A DNA stretch of 63,552 nt, filler included, from Conidiobolus incongruus B7586 (GCA_000697335.1; 17 parts of 17 records of this genome joined end to end with filler, not necessarily neighbours in it); one strand, 5' to 3'. Positions 11,581-25,660 are shown, counted from the whole stretch's first letter. Notes: a model not told the origin generated them from the sequence alone. Translations and numbers: made by a program.

Positions 11581-14479
11581 AAAATACCCTAATATTATTT
11601 TAATAATAATAATAGCTTAATTACTAAGTTAATTTAAGACTTTAGTCTTTAAATACTTATTGTGCTTTAAGAAGCTTATATTAAATTACTTTTGGTTAAG
11701 AAAAATATAACTTAAAATGCTTAAATCTAAAAAACCAGTAATTTCATTATTGTTAATATATTAAATCATCTCTTTAGTATTTTTAAAAATTAATTAAGTA
11801 TATATAATAATTTTAAAAACTTTTAAAAACCTGAAAATTATTTTAAAAATATAAATAATTATTGTAATTTAATTGTTAATAAAGATCTAAAAAGTATTTT
11901 TAAATTAGTTATTTTTTTTAATAAAATTTACTTATATTTAGTAATTAGCTTATTATAAAGTTAATCCTAAAGAATTTTCAAGTGGATAACTTAATATAAG
12001 AATATAAACCTTTAAATAATTAGAAAAAATCTTAAAAAAAGATATCTCCTAAAAAGTTAGATTGATTTAATAAAAATAGCTTTCTTAACTTGAATAAAAA
12101 ACTTTTATAAGGTAATTAATTAATAAATTAAAAAAGATATATTTAAATATATTAAATATAATTAAATAAAGATAGACCTATAAATTATAATAATATTTGA
12201 ATTTTGAAATAAAATTCTAATAAATTAATAAAGAATATTTCAATAGTATTTTTTTAATATTTATGATATAGTAATTATAATTAATAATATCATTTATTTT
12301 ATAATTAAATTTTTTTATTTAAAAAATTTTTCTTTTAAAATTAATTTTTAATTTTTTAAATCTTAAATGATAAATATTTCTGATATAAAACTTTATAAGA
12401 AAANNNNNNNNNNNNNNNNNNNNNNNNNNNNNNNNNNNNNNNNNNNNTTAATTAATTAANNNNNNNNNNNNNNNNNNNNNNNNNNNNNNNNNNNNNNNNN
12501 NNNATTTACTTTCAAATATCATTTAATATTGTTATTACTTTATATTCATTTATATATTACAAAACCTTATTAGCTCTCCATTATTTTATCTCAAAATTGA
12601 TGAATTTTAATTTTTTAAAAATAAGCCATAATCTATAAATTATCTTAGATATATAACTTTAATTAAGAATATTAAATGAAATACTCTTTTTAATATAGAT
12701 TAATCAATTATTTAAATCCTTAAGTTATTATTTACCATTTAATAATTAAGTCAAAAATCAAGATAGTACTAAATCTTTATAATATTTGATTAATAACGAT
12801 ATGGATATTTATGTTATATAATCAATTCAAATTATAATTTAAATATTCCTATCTCTTGATATATCTAACAAGTATAAAATCCAACTTTTTACCCAAATTT
12901 TGATATTAAGTCATAATTCATCATCAATGATATTATAAAATATAAAATATTTCATATTAATTTAAAAAAATATTTTAATAACTGGTGACAAAAAGTCTTC
13001 AAAATTAACTTATAAATAAAAACTAATATAAAAGATTGATTTTATTCAAATAATTTTAAAATTATATCTAAATTAAAAAGTCAAAATAATATTCAAAGAT
13101 ATCCTAAATATTATTTATCTATCTTAGAAAAAAAACTAATAAAATCTTCATTTATTAATAATACCTTTATTTTAAATTTATCGAAAAATATAATATAATT
13201 AAAAAAAATAAAAATATTTAGGTCATTTACATATCAATTAATAACCAAATGAATTTAACAAATATAGTCAAAAAATCTTTATTTAATTGAACATATTAAT
13301 CTAAATATATGATAAATATATTTTTATAAATTAATTATTAATTCCAATATATATTTTATTACCCAGGAATTTCTGCCATTTTTGGGTTATAAAGTCATAG
13401 CTAATATCATATATCCTAAAATAAATATTATTCAAAAAATTTAATAATAATTAAAATATTATAATATATAATCAATTATAACCAAAAATAATAATTTTTA
13501 ATAATAAAGTATATATTAGATTTTTAAAACTTATATTATTATTTAGTTCAAAAATATTTAACCTAAAAGCAATTAATTTTATATTATTATAACCATATAT
13601 ATACCTAAAAATACCAAAGTTTTGTTTATTAAAATTATTGCTTTTAATTAAAATATTTATTATATTTATTAGCTATAAATTCTTATAGTTGTAATTATTA
13701 TGATAAGTTAAAAAATTAGATAATATCTCTATTTTATATTGTAAATTTCAAAAAATTATTTTGTAAATAGATTATAATTACTAATCTAAATATATAATAT
13801 AATTATTATTAATATGAAATTTAATTATTTCAAAAAAAATTGATATTAAATTTAAATTTATATATTTGTTAATTTATTTATTTAATTTTTTTAAACTATT
13901 ATATATTATCTATTAATTGATAATTATCAAAAAAGATATTTTTTAAAATATTAACTTTACTTGAATTGATAAGTAAGTTTAATACTCTAATATATTTTTT
14001 ATAAATTAATTATAAAAATCATAATAATATTTAGTTTAATAAAAAAATCATTCAAATACCTTATGTCTAATATAACCTTAGAAAACAATTAAAATGACTA
14101 TCTCTTGTTAAAGTCTATTAAAATAATTTAAAAACAAATTTTTTTGATATATTTTATTTGGTTGAATAAATCATAAATTTTCTTATTTTAATATTTTCTA
14201 ATATAAAAATTAAAAAACTCTAACTTAAAAGATCATTAATAAATTTCATTTCAAAAAATTTTGATATTAAGTAAATATTTATTAATTTATTATAAATATA
14301 GCTCTAAATTCTATTTTATTTATTTTTTAAAAATAAATTCATTAANNNNNNNNNNNNNNNNNNNNNNNNNNNNNNNNNNNNNNNNNNNNTTAATTAATTA
14401 ANNNNNNNNNNNNNNNNNNNNNNNNNNNNNNNNNNNNNNNNNNNNTTAAAATACTTCATATAATTTAAATTTATTATAT

Positions 14480-15535
14480 TTTTTATAATAAATCGCTTTT
14501 TGCCATACTTTTGATTAATTTCTAATATCTAAACAATTATTCATTTTATTAAAGATTATAGTTAATATTTTATAAATTAATTAAATTTCTTTATTAAATT
14601 TTTTTCTTATAAGCTAGTTTTTAGATTTTTTGAAATAATTATTATTATATAGGTTAAAATTTAGAGATAATAATAAATATAATAATATTTATAACTATTA
14701 TTAAATCAGAAAACTTTTTATAACTTTAGTTTTATATATTTTAATATTATTATATATAATAATTAGTATTTTAAATTATATTCAAAATGTCAATTAAAAA
14801 TATTTTTATTTAAAAAAGTATCTTAAGTTTAAAATTAATTGTTTTTTTCTTTAAAAATTAAATATAATTTTCTATATTACTATAATTTATTATAAAAATT
14901 GACATTTGCTTATTAACCATATATTTATTTAATTAAATTTATAAAAAAAGTTAATTTAGTTTAATCTAACATAACAGTTTATTTTTTCATAAAGGATAAT
15001 ATAAAAAGGTTCAAAATTTTATTAATTTTATTAATTTATTATAAAAGCTTTAATTTTTACTTATATTTTAATAATTTTTTTTCAAAAAAAATATTTTAGT
15101 TTTTTAAATTTTAATATTATTATAGGGTATTTATTTTTTATATTAATTAATTTAGATTGAAATTTTAATTAATATATAATATTTATATTTCTAATATTAA
15201 AGTATTTTGATAACTCTTTTGTTAAAATAAAAATTCTTTTAATATATTCTTTAACTATAATTAAAAAAATAATAAAAATTAATTTTCTAGGTTTTAAATA
15301 ATTTTAAATAATTTCACTCCTAATTATAAAGAATTTACCTAGTGATATATAATTGATTTATATAATATTTTATTATTTACAACTGTTTGTTAATTTTAAT
15401 TAGTTTGAAAAAATCTAGGGTTAAGTTTTATTGATATTAAAATCAAGAACTTTTTATGATTATTATCTGATTTAAATATATTTAAATAAAGTAACAAATA
15501 TTAAAATAGTTTTTTAATAATAAAAGCTAATATAT
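14480..15535 (-). mobile_element. mariner-family relic
   Basis: Begins TTTTTGCCATACTTTTG (KVWQK on the minus strand) and is collinear with 28581-29764. Confidence 0.7.
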
Positions 15536-16639
15536 ATATATTTTTTATAATTTGAAATTAATAATATATTTGAAAAATTAAAAATTAAAAATTAAAAATT
15601 TCCCAATTTTTCAAAAAAAAAAGTTAATAGTTTATAATTCTAAATATATTAAAATAAACAGATAAAATCAATTATATATATATATATATATAAGTAAGTC
15701 AGTAATAAGTTTTAAATAATCAAACAAATCACATGATATTTAAAATCAATATATTTTGAAAAAATTATATAAATATTGATTTTAATAATAAAAATATTTT
15801 TGTAATATTTTATTTTCAATATAAAATAAATTATAATTAATTATTAAATTATAAATTCTTATTTTAAATGTTAAAGATTGTTAATATAACCTTTTAAGTA
15901 TATATTAAGTTTTTAAAATTTGTTTATATTTTTAATTATTAATGTCTATCATTATTAAAATATGTGTTATAGATTTGAACCAAGTCCAAAAGAATTGTAA
16001 AATTATTTAATTCAATAGTAATTTAATAATTTTAAATAATTTAGATTGGAATTTGAGATATTAAAATTGACAAGGTAATTCAAGTGGAATATTAATATAT
16101 AAGCTCAATATACTAGTTAATACTAATTTTACTGACTTGCATTCTTTGGCGTCGATTAATTTTCAATGATATTTGACCGAGCTATTATAAGAATAAAATG
16201 AGTTGTTGAACCATATATTTAATACATGGATTTGATAAATTTGCCTAATTGAATGACGATGGTTAATCGAAGATTAATAGTTTAGTCAATCTATGTTTGA
16301 TATCATAATCAATCAGGGGACACTTATATAATTATGAAATTGTCAAATCCATAATAATTTTGATGTATTGTGAATTATCAAAAATTTTTTTAAATTGAAA
16401 TAGAAATAAATTACAATACCCAATGAATCAAAAAAAATTTAAAATTACTATTTAAAATTATGATATTTGATAAATTTTCAATGGATAATTACACACATCA
16501 AGCTCTAAATTCAAATGTTGTTATCAATTAATCAGTATCATTGTATAATGGCCCATGATTGAAATTGTCTATATCAATTTATTAATGCTCATTTAATATA
16601 TAATTATATACATAGTTATATATTTTAGTTATTATGATT

Positions 16640-17555
16640 ATATTAGTTCCATTCTCTTCAGCTTCGATTTGTTCCATTGAGGAATCAAATATATGATTCT
16701 GTTCTGATCCCGATTAGAATTTGAGAGGTGGTAATAGTCTATCAGTCAAACTGAAGTTCTTTCTCAATAATTCATTAAGGTAGCCTTAATTGCTATTGAT
16801 TATTGTTTCAAGTTCCTATCAAAGTGTATTATAATATTATTTAGGTAGTAAAAATTGATTAATATTACTTTGGGGTCAACTCTATCTTCAGAATTAATAT
16901 AGATGATCTCAGCTCATTTTAAATTGGGGGAATAATTAATCTCAAATGGAGAATTAATATCAGATTTTACTCATATACATATCAAAAATTAATTGTTAAA
17001 TTTTCCAAAAATGACTCATTAGCAAGAAGTCAAGTGGTGCCAAAGAATTCAAACTAACATGTAACACTTTTTTAATATGATTAGTCAATATAGCTTGTTC
17101 GTCCAAACGCTGAGTAGGTAAACTTTGAGAGAGTACTTGTAGTTGAATAAATGGCTCTATCAAATTAGCTTCAGCCTAAACACTTATTAATGCTATAAAA
17201 TACCAATTAAGATAAATTATTACCATTTTCAATATTTTATTGCTCTTAAATTCTATACATTTATCGTCAAAATAAAGTAAAAATCCTCCCTTTATTGTAT
17301 AACTATTATAATTACTGTAGAAAATAAAGTTTTTTATAGTAATTTGTGTTGGATAAGGTGTTCCAAATCGGTTTTTTGTTTAGATTGGACATCTTGTCGT
17401 TTTTTAATTTTACATTTATATCTCGCTTGATTGTTGTAGAAAGTATTGATAAAGACTTTAGGATTTTAGGGTTGGGAATTATATTAGTAGTTAATTTTGT
17501 AATCTTAAATATTTTTATAGAAATTAATTAAATTTTGATTTGGAATTGATTCCAT
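16640..17555 (-). pseudogene. Ribosome-binding factor A (RbfA/mitochondrial RBFA-like) intron-containing pseudogene
   Basis: Splicing out 17223-17176 (GT..AG), 16992-16941 (TT..AG, donor broken) and 16868-16816 (GT..AG) gives ...LAPLDFLLMSHFWKI*Q|INYSPNLK*AEIIYINSEDRVDPK|ELETIINSN*GYLNELLRKNFSLTDRLLPPLKF*SG. This matches the RbfA pattern V-x-S-x-DL-x-x-A-x-V-Y...G-x-L-R-x-x-L...P-x-L-x-F. ATG at 17555; multiple in-frame stops. Confidence 0.65.
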
Positions 17556-18488
17556 TGTCTTAATATAGATTAGTATAATAATTTTCAATTTATGGTGTTT
17601 ATTATTATTATATTTTACAATTTTTTTTAGTTTTCAAATATTATTAGTAATTTACTAGAAAATTATTTATACAATAATTGAAATATCTTATAGAGTAGGA
17701 GTATATTGATTTTGTAAATTTTTTTCCAAATTATAATCTATTTATAATATATCTTAGTTTTGTGATTAAGTTAATTCTTGAAATATTTATATTCTTTAAT
17801 TTTTTCATGCATAATTGAGATATTTATTCAGTAATATTTTATTTGGTTATAGATATTTTTTAATAATATAAAAATAATTACCAATTCAATTGTATATTAT
17901 AAAGTTATAATAGTTCTTAACATTATTAAACTGAATAGAATGATTAACACTAGGATAGTGAAATATTATTACATATAATAATATTCAAATTAATTTTAAA
18001 CGATAAAAAATTTATTTCATATATCACATATTTCGTGCTAATTTATATATATTCTGGCGGAATTCGGGATTATTCTAGTATTATAACGGTTTCAAGACTA
18101 TTTATTGTATTAATCAGAGATATCGTAATATTTTAACAATACACTTCATGGTTATAGGACCAAAAAATTGGAAACCCTTCAATTTTTTAAAACTTAAAGT
18201 AACTAACTCAATATACCTTAACAACTTTCTCATATTTGAAAGCAATTATATATGAAGTACAGTAAATATAATTATTTAACATGAAACAATTAGTATTATT
18301 AAATTCTACTTAAATATATTTAAATTTGGATCAAAAACAAGTATTTAGCGGTAAGAATTATTATTATTATTATATATATAATTGACAAAATATAATTCTT
18401 GATAGAAATATTTTATAAATGATATAGAAGCACTATAAAAACTTGATTGTTATTTGAATGTTTATTAGTAATTAGAATTATAATAGTT

Positions 18489-19022
18489 ATGACAGTTAAC
18501 TCAACCTATATCATTAACTTTGGAGCTAAAGGATATCATATTTCTGGAAATAATGAGAGATATTATCTAATTCATGGTAAAAATTCGGTATTTAAATTAA
18601 AGAATTATTCTAATCAATCATTAATTAAAGTATATTCAAATGGAAGTATGAATAAAGAGTATTCAATCAAGCCAACTTCAACTCATTTAAATAGGTTAAT
18701 ATTTACTTTAAATCAATCACATAGTTATAGTCTATTCTCAAAAGAAACCTTTAATGGCTATAATGTGAATTGGAAGTGGAAATTAAATTACACAGAAGAT
18801 TTTTATGAGTTGATAGATTCTTCAAATAATGATCAAATATTAGCATCTGTTAATCTAGATAATATTAGATGGAAAATGCAAGTATTAATAACTTTAACAC
18901 CATATGCTTATATAGAGCATATACAATATATTTTAATATCAATGTGCTTGATATTATACTTGTCCCAAAATGGTAAAAAATTGGGAGAATGGTTTTTACA
19001 AGATAAAATGTTTAAATCTTAA
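18489..19022 (+). CDS. Hypothetical protein, tubby C-terminal/LURP-one-like fold (tentative)
   Basis: Intact 177-aa ORF from ATG 18489, with TATAAAA at ~18434. It is beta-rich with NWKWKL...YELIDS...ILASV and a single C-terminal hydrophobic helix (YILISMCLILYL), the layout of tubby/LURP-like barrels. Confidence 0.5.
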   Translation: MTVNSTYIINFGAKGYHISGNNERYYLIHGKNSVFKLKNYSNQSLIKVYSNGSMNKEYSIKPTSTHLNRLIFTLNQSHSYSLFSKETFNGYNVNWKWKLNYTEDFYELIDSSNNDQILASVNLDNIRWKMQVLITLTPYAYIEHIQYILISMCLILYLSQNGKKLGEWFLQDKMFKS

Positions 19023-20331
19023 ATAATATATATATAAAATAAATACTCAAAATCTAATAATTGATATTAAAAATGATTTAATAAATTTATATTACATAAA
19101 TATACTATATTTATTTACTTTGTGTAACTAAAAATTCATAACTTTGTCAAAATTAAGCAAATTATGATCATAACTGAAATCATATATTTTCATATTGTAA
19201 AATCTATAAAGGTTACATAAAAGATTGAAATAATATATATTTAATATTGGACTCTTAATAAATAATAGATATCATTAGAAATTATTTTAAAGTATCTCAG
19301 TATTATTACAGGTTGGCTAATAAATTATATTAAATATTATTGATATTTCAAGTTAATATCCTTTTAATAAATATTGCTGATTCAATCATTATACAAAAGT
19401 TGATAAAATTTTGAATTTGATCAAATTATAATTTATTCAACTATTTTAGATTCGTTTAATATTTCTTATTTTTTTTGTCAATTTAATTTTCTAATTTGTA
19501 GTATTTATTTTCATATTCAAATACTCAAAATTATGATCAAATCTTTCATAGAATTTACTTTATAATTCCATTTTTTGCCTTTAATTTTTAATTAATATAT
19601 CAAATAGGAAAGAAATAAATGGAGAATTTTTTTAAATTATATTTTTAAAATTATTATTTGTTTTGAAAAATGAATTATAAAAAATTGACTTTTTAAAATA
19701 ATATAGTTACTAGTTGATAACTATTTTTTATTAAACTATTTATATTTCAGATTATTTTATTAGATTTAATTTAAACTTGATGACAATCCTTAAAACTTTT
19801 ATATTTTATATTTTTTAAACTTTACCACAAGCTTTTTAAAATCATTCAAGGTTTGTAAATACCTTATAAAATTAATTTTTTAAAAAATACCATTTATTTT
19901 TAGATTTTTTATTTTAAATTTAAAAAACTTGGTTAAAAATTATACCAAAGTTCTAAACTAATATTTTTTTTATTTGACTAATATTATATATGATGATATT
20001 GGAAAATAATTTTATATTAGAGTTCAATAATAATCAAAATAATTTTATAGTGATTATTTAGTTAAATAGTATATATTGACCTTTAAACTTATTCAAATTA
20101 ATTACATTATATTACAAATAATTTATAATTGAATAAAGGATTAAATAAACAAGAGTAATTATAATTAGAATTATTTATTAAAATATAAACAGAAATAAAA
20201 GACTATATAAAACTGATTAAAATAAATAAATTTTTAAACTTTTTATATAATCCTTGATTTTAAAATTAAATATTAAATTAAAATAATTATTTTATAAATT
20301 CAAATATCTTAGTATTTATCTGATAAATATA

Positions 20332-21853
20332 TACCAACCTATAAAAGTAAGTTATAAAATCAAAGATATATATATTTTAATTGATAACTAAAACAACTGT
20401 ATAAATTAAATTACTTAAAACTATAATATATAATTAAGGTATATTATTTGACAATAAATAAATATATTTAGATATATTTAGTAAATTATTAATGAAAATA
20501 TTAACCCTTAATATTTAACTAAGGTAAGTTATAAATTTTCAAGTTTTTGAGATAAAGGGATATATTTAACAATATATAACCTTTTTTTTCTCTTTTTGCT
20601 ATTATTTTATATAAAATTTTATAGATATATTAATTTTTTTCTATTAATATCATTATACTTAAATCCCTCTTTAAAAAAATCTATTTGTATATCAATTAAC
20701 TTTATAAAAAAATAAATTAACTTGTGATATTATTAAAATTACTATTGTTAGCTAGTTTACTATATTTAAGGTTATTAAAAATAACAATAAAAACATATTT
20801 AAACTTAAATGTATTAAAATTATAAATATATATGATAAAAAGTATATTTATAAGTTAATTAATATAAGTAAGTGTAATAATATTATAAAAATATAACAAC
20901 AATTATAAAACTATATAAGAATATTAGTTAACACTAATATTATTATATATATTTTATGTAAGTATAGATATCACTTATATTTTAAGAAAAAATACTTTTA
21001 ATTAAAGAAATCTTATTATAAAGCTAAGCAAAAATTTAAATATTATTATTAATATTAAATTACAATTAATTAGAGTAAGGTTATTTAATTTAATAAAACA
21101 AAAATATACTTTAGTAAATTTAATAAAAAAGTTAAATACTTTAAGAAAGATATAAAATTACTTTATAACCATCATGTTAATTTTACTTAAAAGTATAATA
21201 ATAGGTTAATTATTATTTAAGGATGTATATTATTTTTAGGTATAGGGTATTTTTATAAAATTAATAAAGGAATTAATATTGAGATATATTAAAATATTCT
21301 AAACATTAAATTGAAAAAACCCATTAAATAATATAAGTTAAATATATTTGATTTTATTTTCTAGTAAGATAATATTTTTAATTATATTATAACTTTTACT
21401 ACCAAATAATTTAAAAATAACAAAATAATAGTTATAAAGTAACTTCTTTAATTTTTTAATTTTAACTAATTAAATATCTTTGGGATTGTTAAAAAAAGCT
21501 ATCAAAGCTTTCCCCCTAGTAAAAAATTTAAATTAGCTTTAAAAATATGTTAAGAAGTATAAAATAAAATTAACCTTTCTTAATATAAGAAGTTAGTTGA
21601 TTTTATACCTTATAAACTTAAAGAAGTTAGAAAAGTTAAAGGTAGATATTTTAAACTTTAATTTTTTTTATTATTAAAAACCTATAGATTTATAACTTAT
21701 CTTAAGTAAAATTTAAGGGTTAATATTTTAACCAAATAATAACTAAATATTATCATTTAATGATATATATTATTAATAAATATAATAGATTCTAATTATT
21801 TAATTTAAGTTTATTTTATTAAATATTAATTAAGTTATTGGTAAAAATATAAA
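20332..21853 (+). mobile_element. Tc1-family relic (left TIR present, right end cut by contig gap)
   Basis: TIR TACCAACCTATAAAAGTAAGTTATAAAA; the body aligns with the other copies (AAAGCTTTCCC, ATTAAATATCTTT). Confidence 0.8.
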
Positions 21854-21953
21854 NNNNNNNNNNNNNNNNNNNNNNNNNNNNNNNNNNNNNNNNNNNNTTA
21901 ATTAATTAANNNNNNNNNNNNNNNNNNNNNNNNNNNNNNNNNNNNNNNNNNNN

Positions 21954-23346
21954 TAATATTTAATTAAGATAAGTTATAAATTTATAGGTTTTTGAGATAA
22001 AGGGATATATTTAATAATATATAATCATAACCTTTTTCTCTTTTTGTCATTATTTTATATAATGTTTTATAGATATATTAAATTCTTTTTATTAGTATCA
22101 TTATACCTAAATACCTCTCTAAACTAATCTATTTGTATATTAGTCAACTTTATAAAGAAAATAAATCAACTTATAATATTACTAGAGTTACTAATGTTAG
22201 CTAGTCTACTATAGTTAAAATTGTTAAAAATAGCAATCAAAACATATTTAAACTTAAACTTAAATAAGCTAAAATTATAGATGAATATAATGAAAAGTAT
22301 ATCTATAGGTTAATTGATACAGGTAAATATAATATTATTGTAAAAATATTACAAAGACTATAAAACTATACAAGAATATTAGTTAGCATTAATACTATTA
22401 TATATACTTTATATTAGCATAGATATTACTTATATCTTATGAAAAAACACCCTCAATTAAAGAAATCTTATTATAAAATTAAACAAAAGTTTAAATATTA
22501 TTATTAATATTAAACTAAAGCTAATTAAAATAAGGTTATTTAATTTAATGAAACAAACATATATTTTAATAAATCTAATAAAAAAACTAGATATTTAAAA
22601 AAAGATATAAAATTATTTTATAACTATCATGTTAATTTTAACTTAAAGTATAATGATAGGTTAATTATTATTTAGGGATATATATTATCTTTAGATGTAA
22701 GATATCATTATAAAGTTAATAAAGGAATTTATACTAAGATAAATTAAAATATTTTGAATAATAAATCTCAAAAAACTATTGAATAATATAGGTTAAACTA
22801 ATTTAATATTATTTTCTAGTAAAATAATACCTTTTACTATATTATAGCTTTTATTTCCAAATAACTTAAAAATAACAAAATAATAGTTATAAAGTATCCT
22901 TCTCAATCTTTTAACTTTAATTTAATTAAATATCTTTAGAATTAGTTAAAAAAAGCTATCATTTTCCCATTAGTAAAAGATTTAGATCAGCTTTGGAAAT
23001 GTATTTAAGAAGCATAGAATAAGATTAACCCTTCTTAGTTTAAGAAATTAGTTAATTCTATACCTTACAAACTTAAAAAGGTTAAAAAAGCTAAAGGTAG
23101 ATTTATTAGGTTTTAATTATTTTTTATCATCAAAAACCCACAAATTTATGATTTACCTTAGATAAAATTTAAGGGTTTATTTTTTAACCAATTAATAACT
23201 AAATATTATCATTTAATTATATATATTATTAATAAATATAATAGATTATAATTATTTAATTTAGGTTTATTTTATTAAATATTAATCAAGTTATTAGTAA
23301 AAATATAAATATTTTTGACTTTATAACTTATTTTTATAGGTTAGTA
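21954..23346 (+). mobile_element. Tc1-family relic (right TIR present)
   Basis: AAG GTT ATT TAA TTT AAT GAA ACA corresponds to a mutated KVIWSDET. The copy ends TTTATAACTTATTTTTATAGGTTAGTA. Confidence 0.8.
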
Positions 23347-24048
23347 TATAATTTAATTAATTATAGNNNNNNNNNNNNNNNNNNNNNNNNNNNNNNNNNN
23401 NNNNNNNNNNTTAATTAATTAANNNNNNNNNNNNNNNNNNNNNNNNNNNNNNNNNNNNNNNNNNNNTTAATATTAATAAAACTTAACCATAGATTTTTTA
23501 AAATCATATAAAAATTACTAACAGCTTTTAAGGATAGTATTTTATTAAAGGCAAATATTTATTTTTTAGTAAATTAATATATAGTTAAATAAGAAATGAT
23601 TTAAAATTGATTAAAATTTAAAAAATATTTTTAACCATTAATTTTTAATTATTATTATATTAAAAAATAACTTTTTATTTCAACTAAAGTATTATTAGGT
23701 TAATTTAATATTAGTTATATATATTTTATATATATTAAAGTTTAAACTTAGGTAAATTAATCAAAATATATAATAATTACTTTATATTTTAATTAAAGCT
23801 TTAAAAAAAATTAAAATAACTATATTTAAACAAAATTATCAAAGTATAATCAAAAACAAAGGTTTTTATATTAAGTTCATTATATTAAATAAATATTAGA
23901 CCTTTTTATATGATTTGTAGATTAAAAAAAACTCTAAAATATATAATAATCATATTAATAAATTCTAATTGTCATATTATTTACTTAAAAAAACTTTTAT
24001 TGATATAATAAATTATAATAATATATAGAATTTTATATAATTTTTAAT

Positions 24049-24855
24049 ATTACTTTATAATTTAAATAATGTGAATTTTTTGCAATTAAAAAAAATAAAT
24101 ATTTTAATATATAAAAAGTAAAAATAAATATATAATATAAAATTAATAGTTTCTTTTATTTTTAATGACTTTTTGCTATACTATTAGCAAAGATCTAATA
24201 CCTGAAAAATAATTCTCTTTATTAAAGACTAAAATTTGATGTTTCACAAACCAATTAAATTTTCTTGTAGAAATTTTCTTTCTTGCAAGCTAATTTTTTA
24301 ATTCCTTAAAACAATTATAATTACATAGGTTATAATCTAGGGAATATACTAGATATGGTAGTTTTTTCCAGTTATTTTTAATTAGAAAGTTTCTTACAAC
24401 TTTAGATTTATATATTTTGTAATTATCATGTAAAATAATAAGTTTTTTTAAATTATATTAAGAAAATCAACTAGAAATAATTTTATTTAAAAAAAATATA
24501 AAGTTTATAATTAATTCATTTTTTTTAAGAACTAAATAAGAATAGCATATGCTATTATAATCCATTATAATAATTAGTATTCACTTATTAATAAAGTTCT
24601 TATTTAAAAGAATTTGTGGAAGGGGTTGATTTAGCTTAATCTAATACTTTGATTTATATTTTAGTAAAGGACCATACAAAAGAATCTAAGATTTATCAAT
24701 TATAATAATTTACTGTAAAAGCCTTGGTTTCTAACTATATTTTAGTAAGTTTTGTTTAACAATAGCTACTCTAGCTTTTTTTAAGCTTTAGTTAAATTAT
24801 AAGATACTTATTTTACATTTTTATTAATTAATTTTAGTTTAAATTTTAATATATA
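24049..24855 (-). mobile_element. mariner-family (DD34D) relic
   Basis: Minus strand: K*VSYNLTKA* (KWVPHNLT), IIIIDKS*I (IITIDESWI), ILIIIMDYNSIC, IILHDN, WKKLPYLVYSLDYNLCNYNCF (WxxLPHPxYSPDYNPCDYNCF), IRSLLIV*QKVIKNKRNY*. There are 34 residues between the HDN aspartate and the final D position. Confidence 0.88.
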
Positions 24856-24985
24856 CACTAACTTACAAAAATAAATCATAAAATTAAAAATATATATATT
24901 GTAATTAATAACTAAAACAATTGTATATATTAAATTACTTGAAACTATAATATATAATTAAGGTATATTATTTAATAATAAATAA
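24856..24985 (+). mobile_element. Tc1-family left end inserted into a mariner relic
   Basis: TA|CACTAACTTACAAAAATAAATCATAAAA TIR, then sequence matching 20360-20460; truncated by a gap. Confidence 0.75.
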
Positions 24986-25354
24986 NNNNNNNNNNNNNNN
25001 NNNNNNNNNNNNNNNNNNNNNNNNNNNNNTTAATTAATTAANNNNNNNNNNNNNNNNNNNNNNNNNNNNNNNNNNNNNNNNNNNNTTTATAAGAAAATTT
25101 TTATAATAAAACTTAATTAGTTTATAAAATATTAAATTTTAAAATTTAATAAAAAAATTATTTTTTAAATATTAGAAGTTTATTAAAGATATAATAAAAA
25201 ACTATAAATACTAAGAAAAATCATTATATTTATATATTTTTAATCACAAAAAATTACCATTATATATAATATAAAGTAATAATATAAAAATATACCCAAA
25301 AATAATAATATAATCAAATCCAAAACTCAAATGCTTAGTTATTAAACTATTATT

Positions 25355-25660
25355 ATAATTAAACAAATAACCTCCTATTAAGAGTTTAAAAATGATATTT
25401 AAAGTCAAATAATATAATTATTGGTTTTTTTATAAACTGATATCTTTTATATAAAAGGTTGGTCCAGAAATCAATAAATGGGTCAATAAATATAATAAAA
25501 CAAAGTTTTATAAAGTTACCAATGATAAATTACTTTATATAGCTGAAGATACTAGTATCTCTTGCATTTCAACTATTTTAATATTTAAGATTAAATTAAA
25601 AATAGAAATTATAAATAATATAGACAATGATAAATTTAAAAAAATTTTATATCAAAATCA
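25355..25660 (+). pseudogene. Thioredoxin pseudogene, transition-hypermutated
   Basis: Reads (ATA)IKQITSY*EFKNDI*S..IIIGFFIN*YLLYK..VGPEINKWVNKYNKTKFYKVTNDKLLYIAEDTSISCISTILIFK. TGA TAT CTT TTA TAT at 25438-25452 back-mutates by C<-T/G<-A changes alone to WCPPC. The start ATG appears as ATA, and there are two frameshifts. Confidence 0.7.

Noticed and set aside
17346..17531. 61-aa plus-strand ORF
   Set aside because: Non-ATG start, and antisense to exon 1 of the RbfA-like pseudogene.
16640..17555. Alternative genetic code (TAA/TAG = Gln) suggested by in-frame TAA at Gln-like positions
   Set aside because: H4, EMC8/9, the metallothionein and the transcription factor all end in TAA and use CAA/CAG for Gln. 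The locus also has a TGA and a broken splice donor, so C->T decay explains it better.
19640..20280. Possible fourth repeat family shared with ~23470-24040 and ~240-510
   Set aside because: Only short AT-rich matches are visible by eye; this cannot be supported without an alignment.
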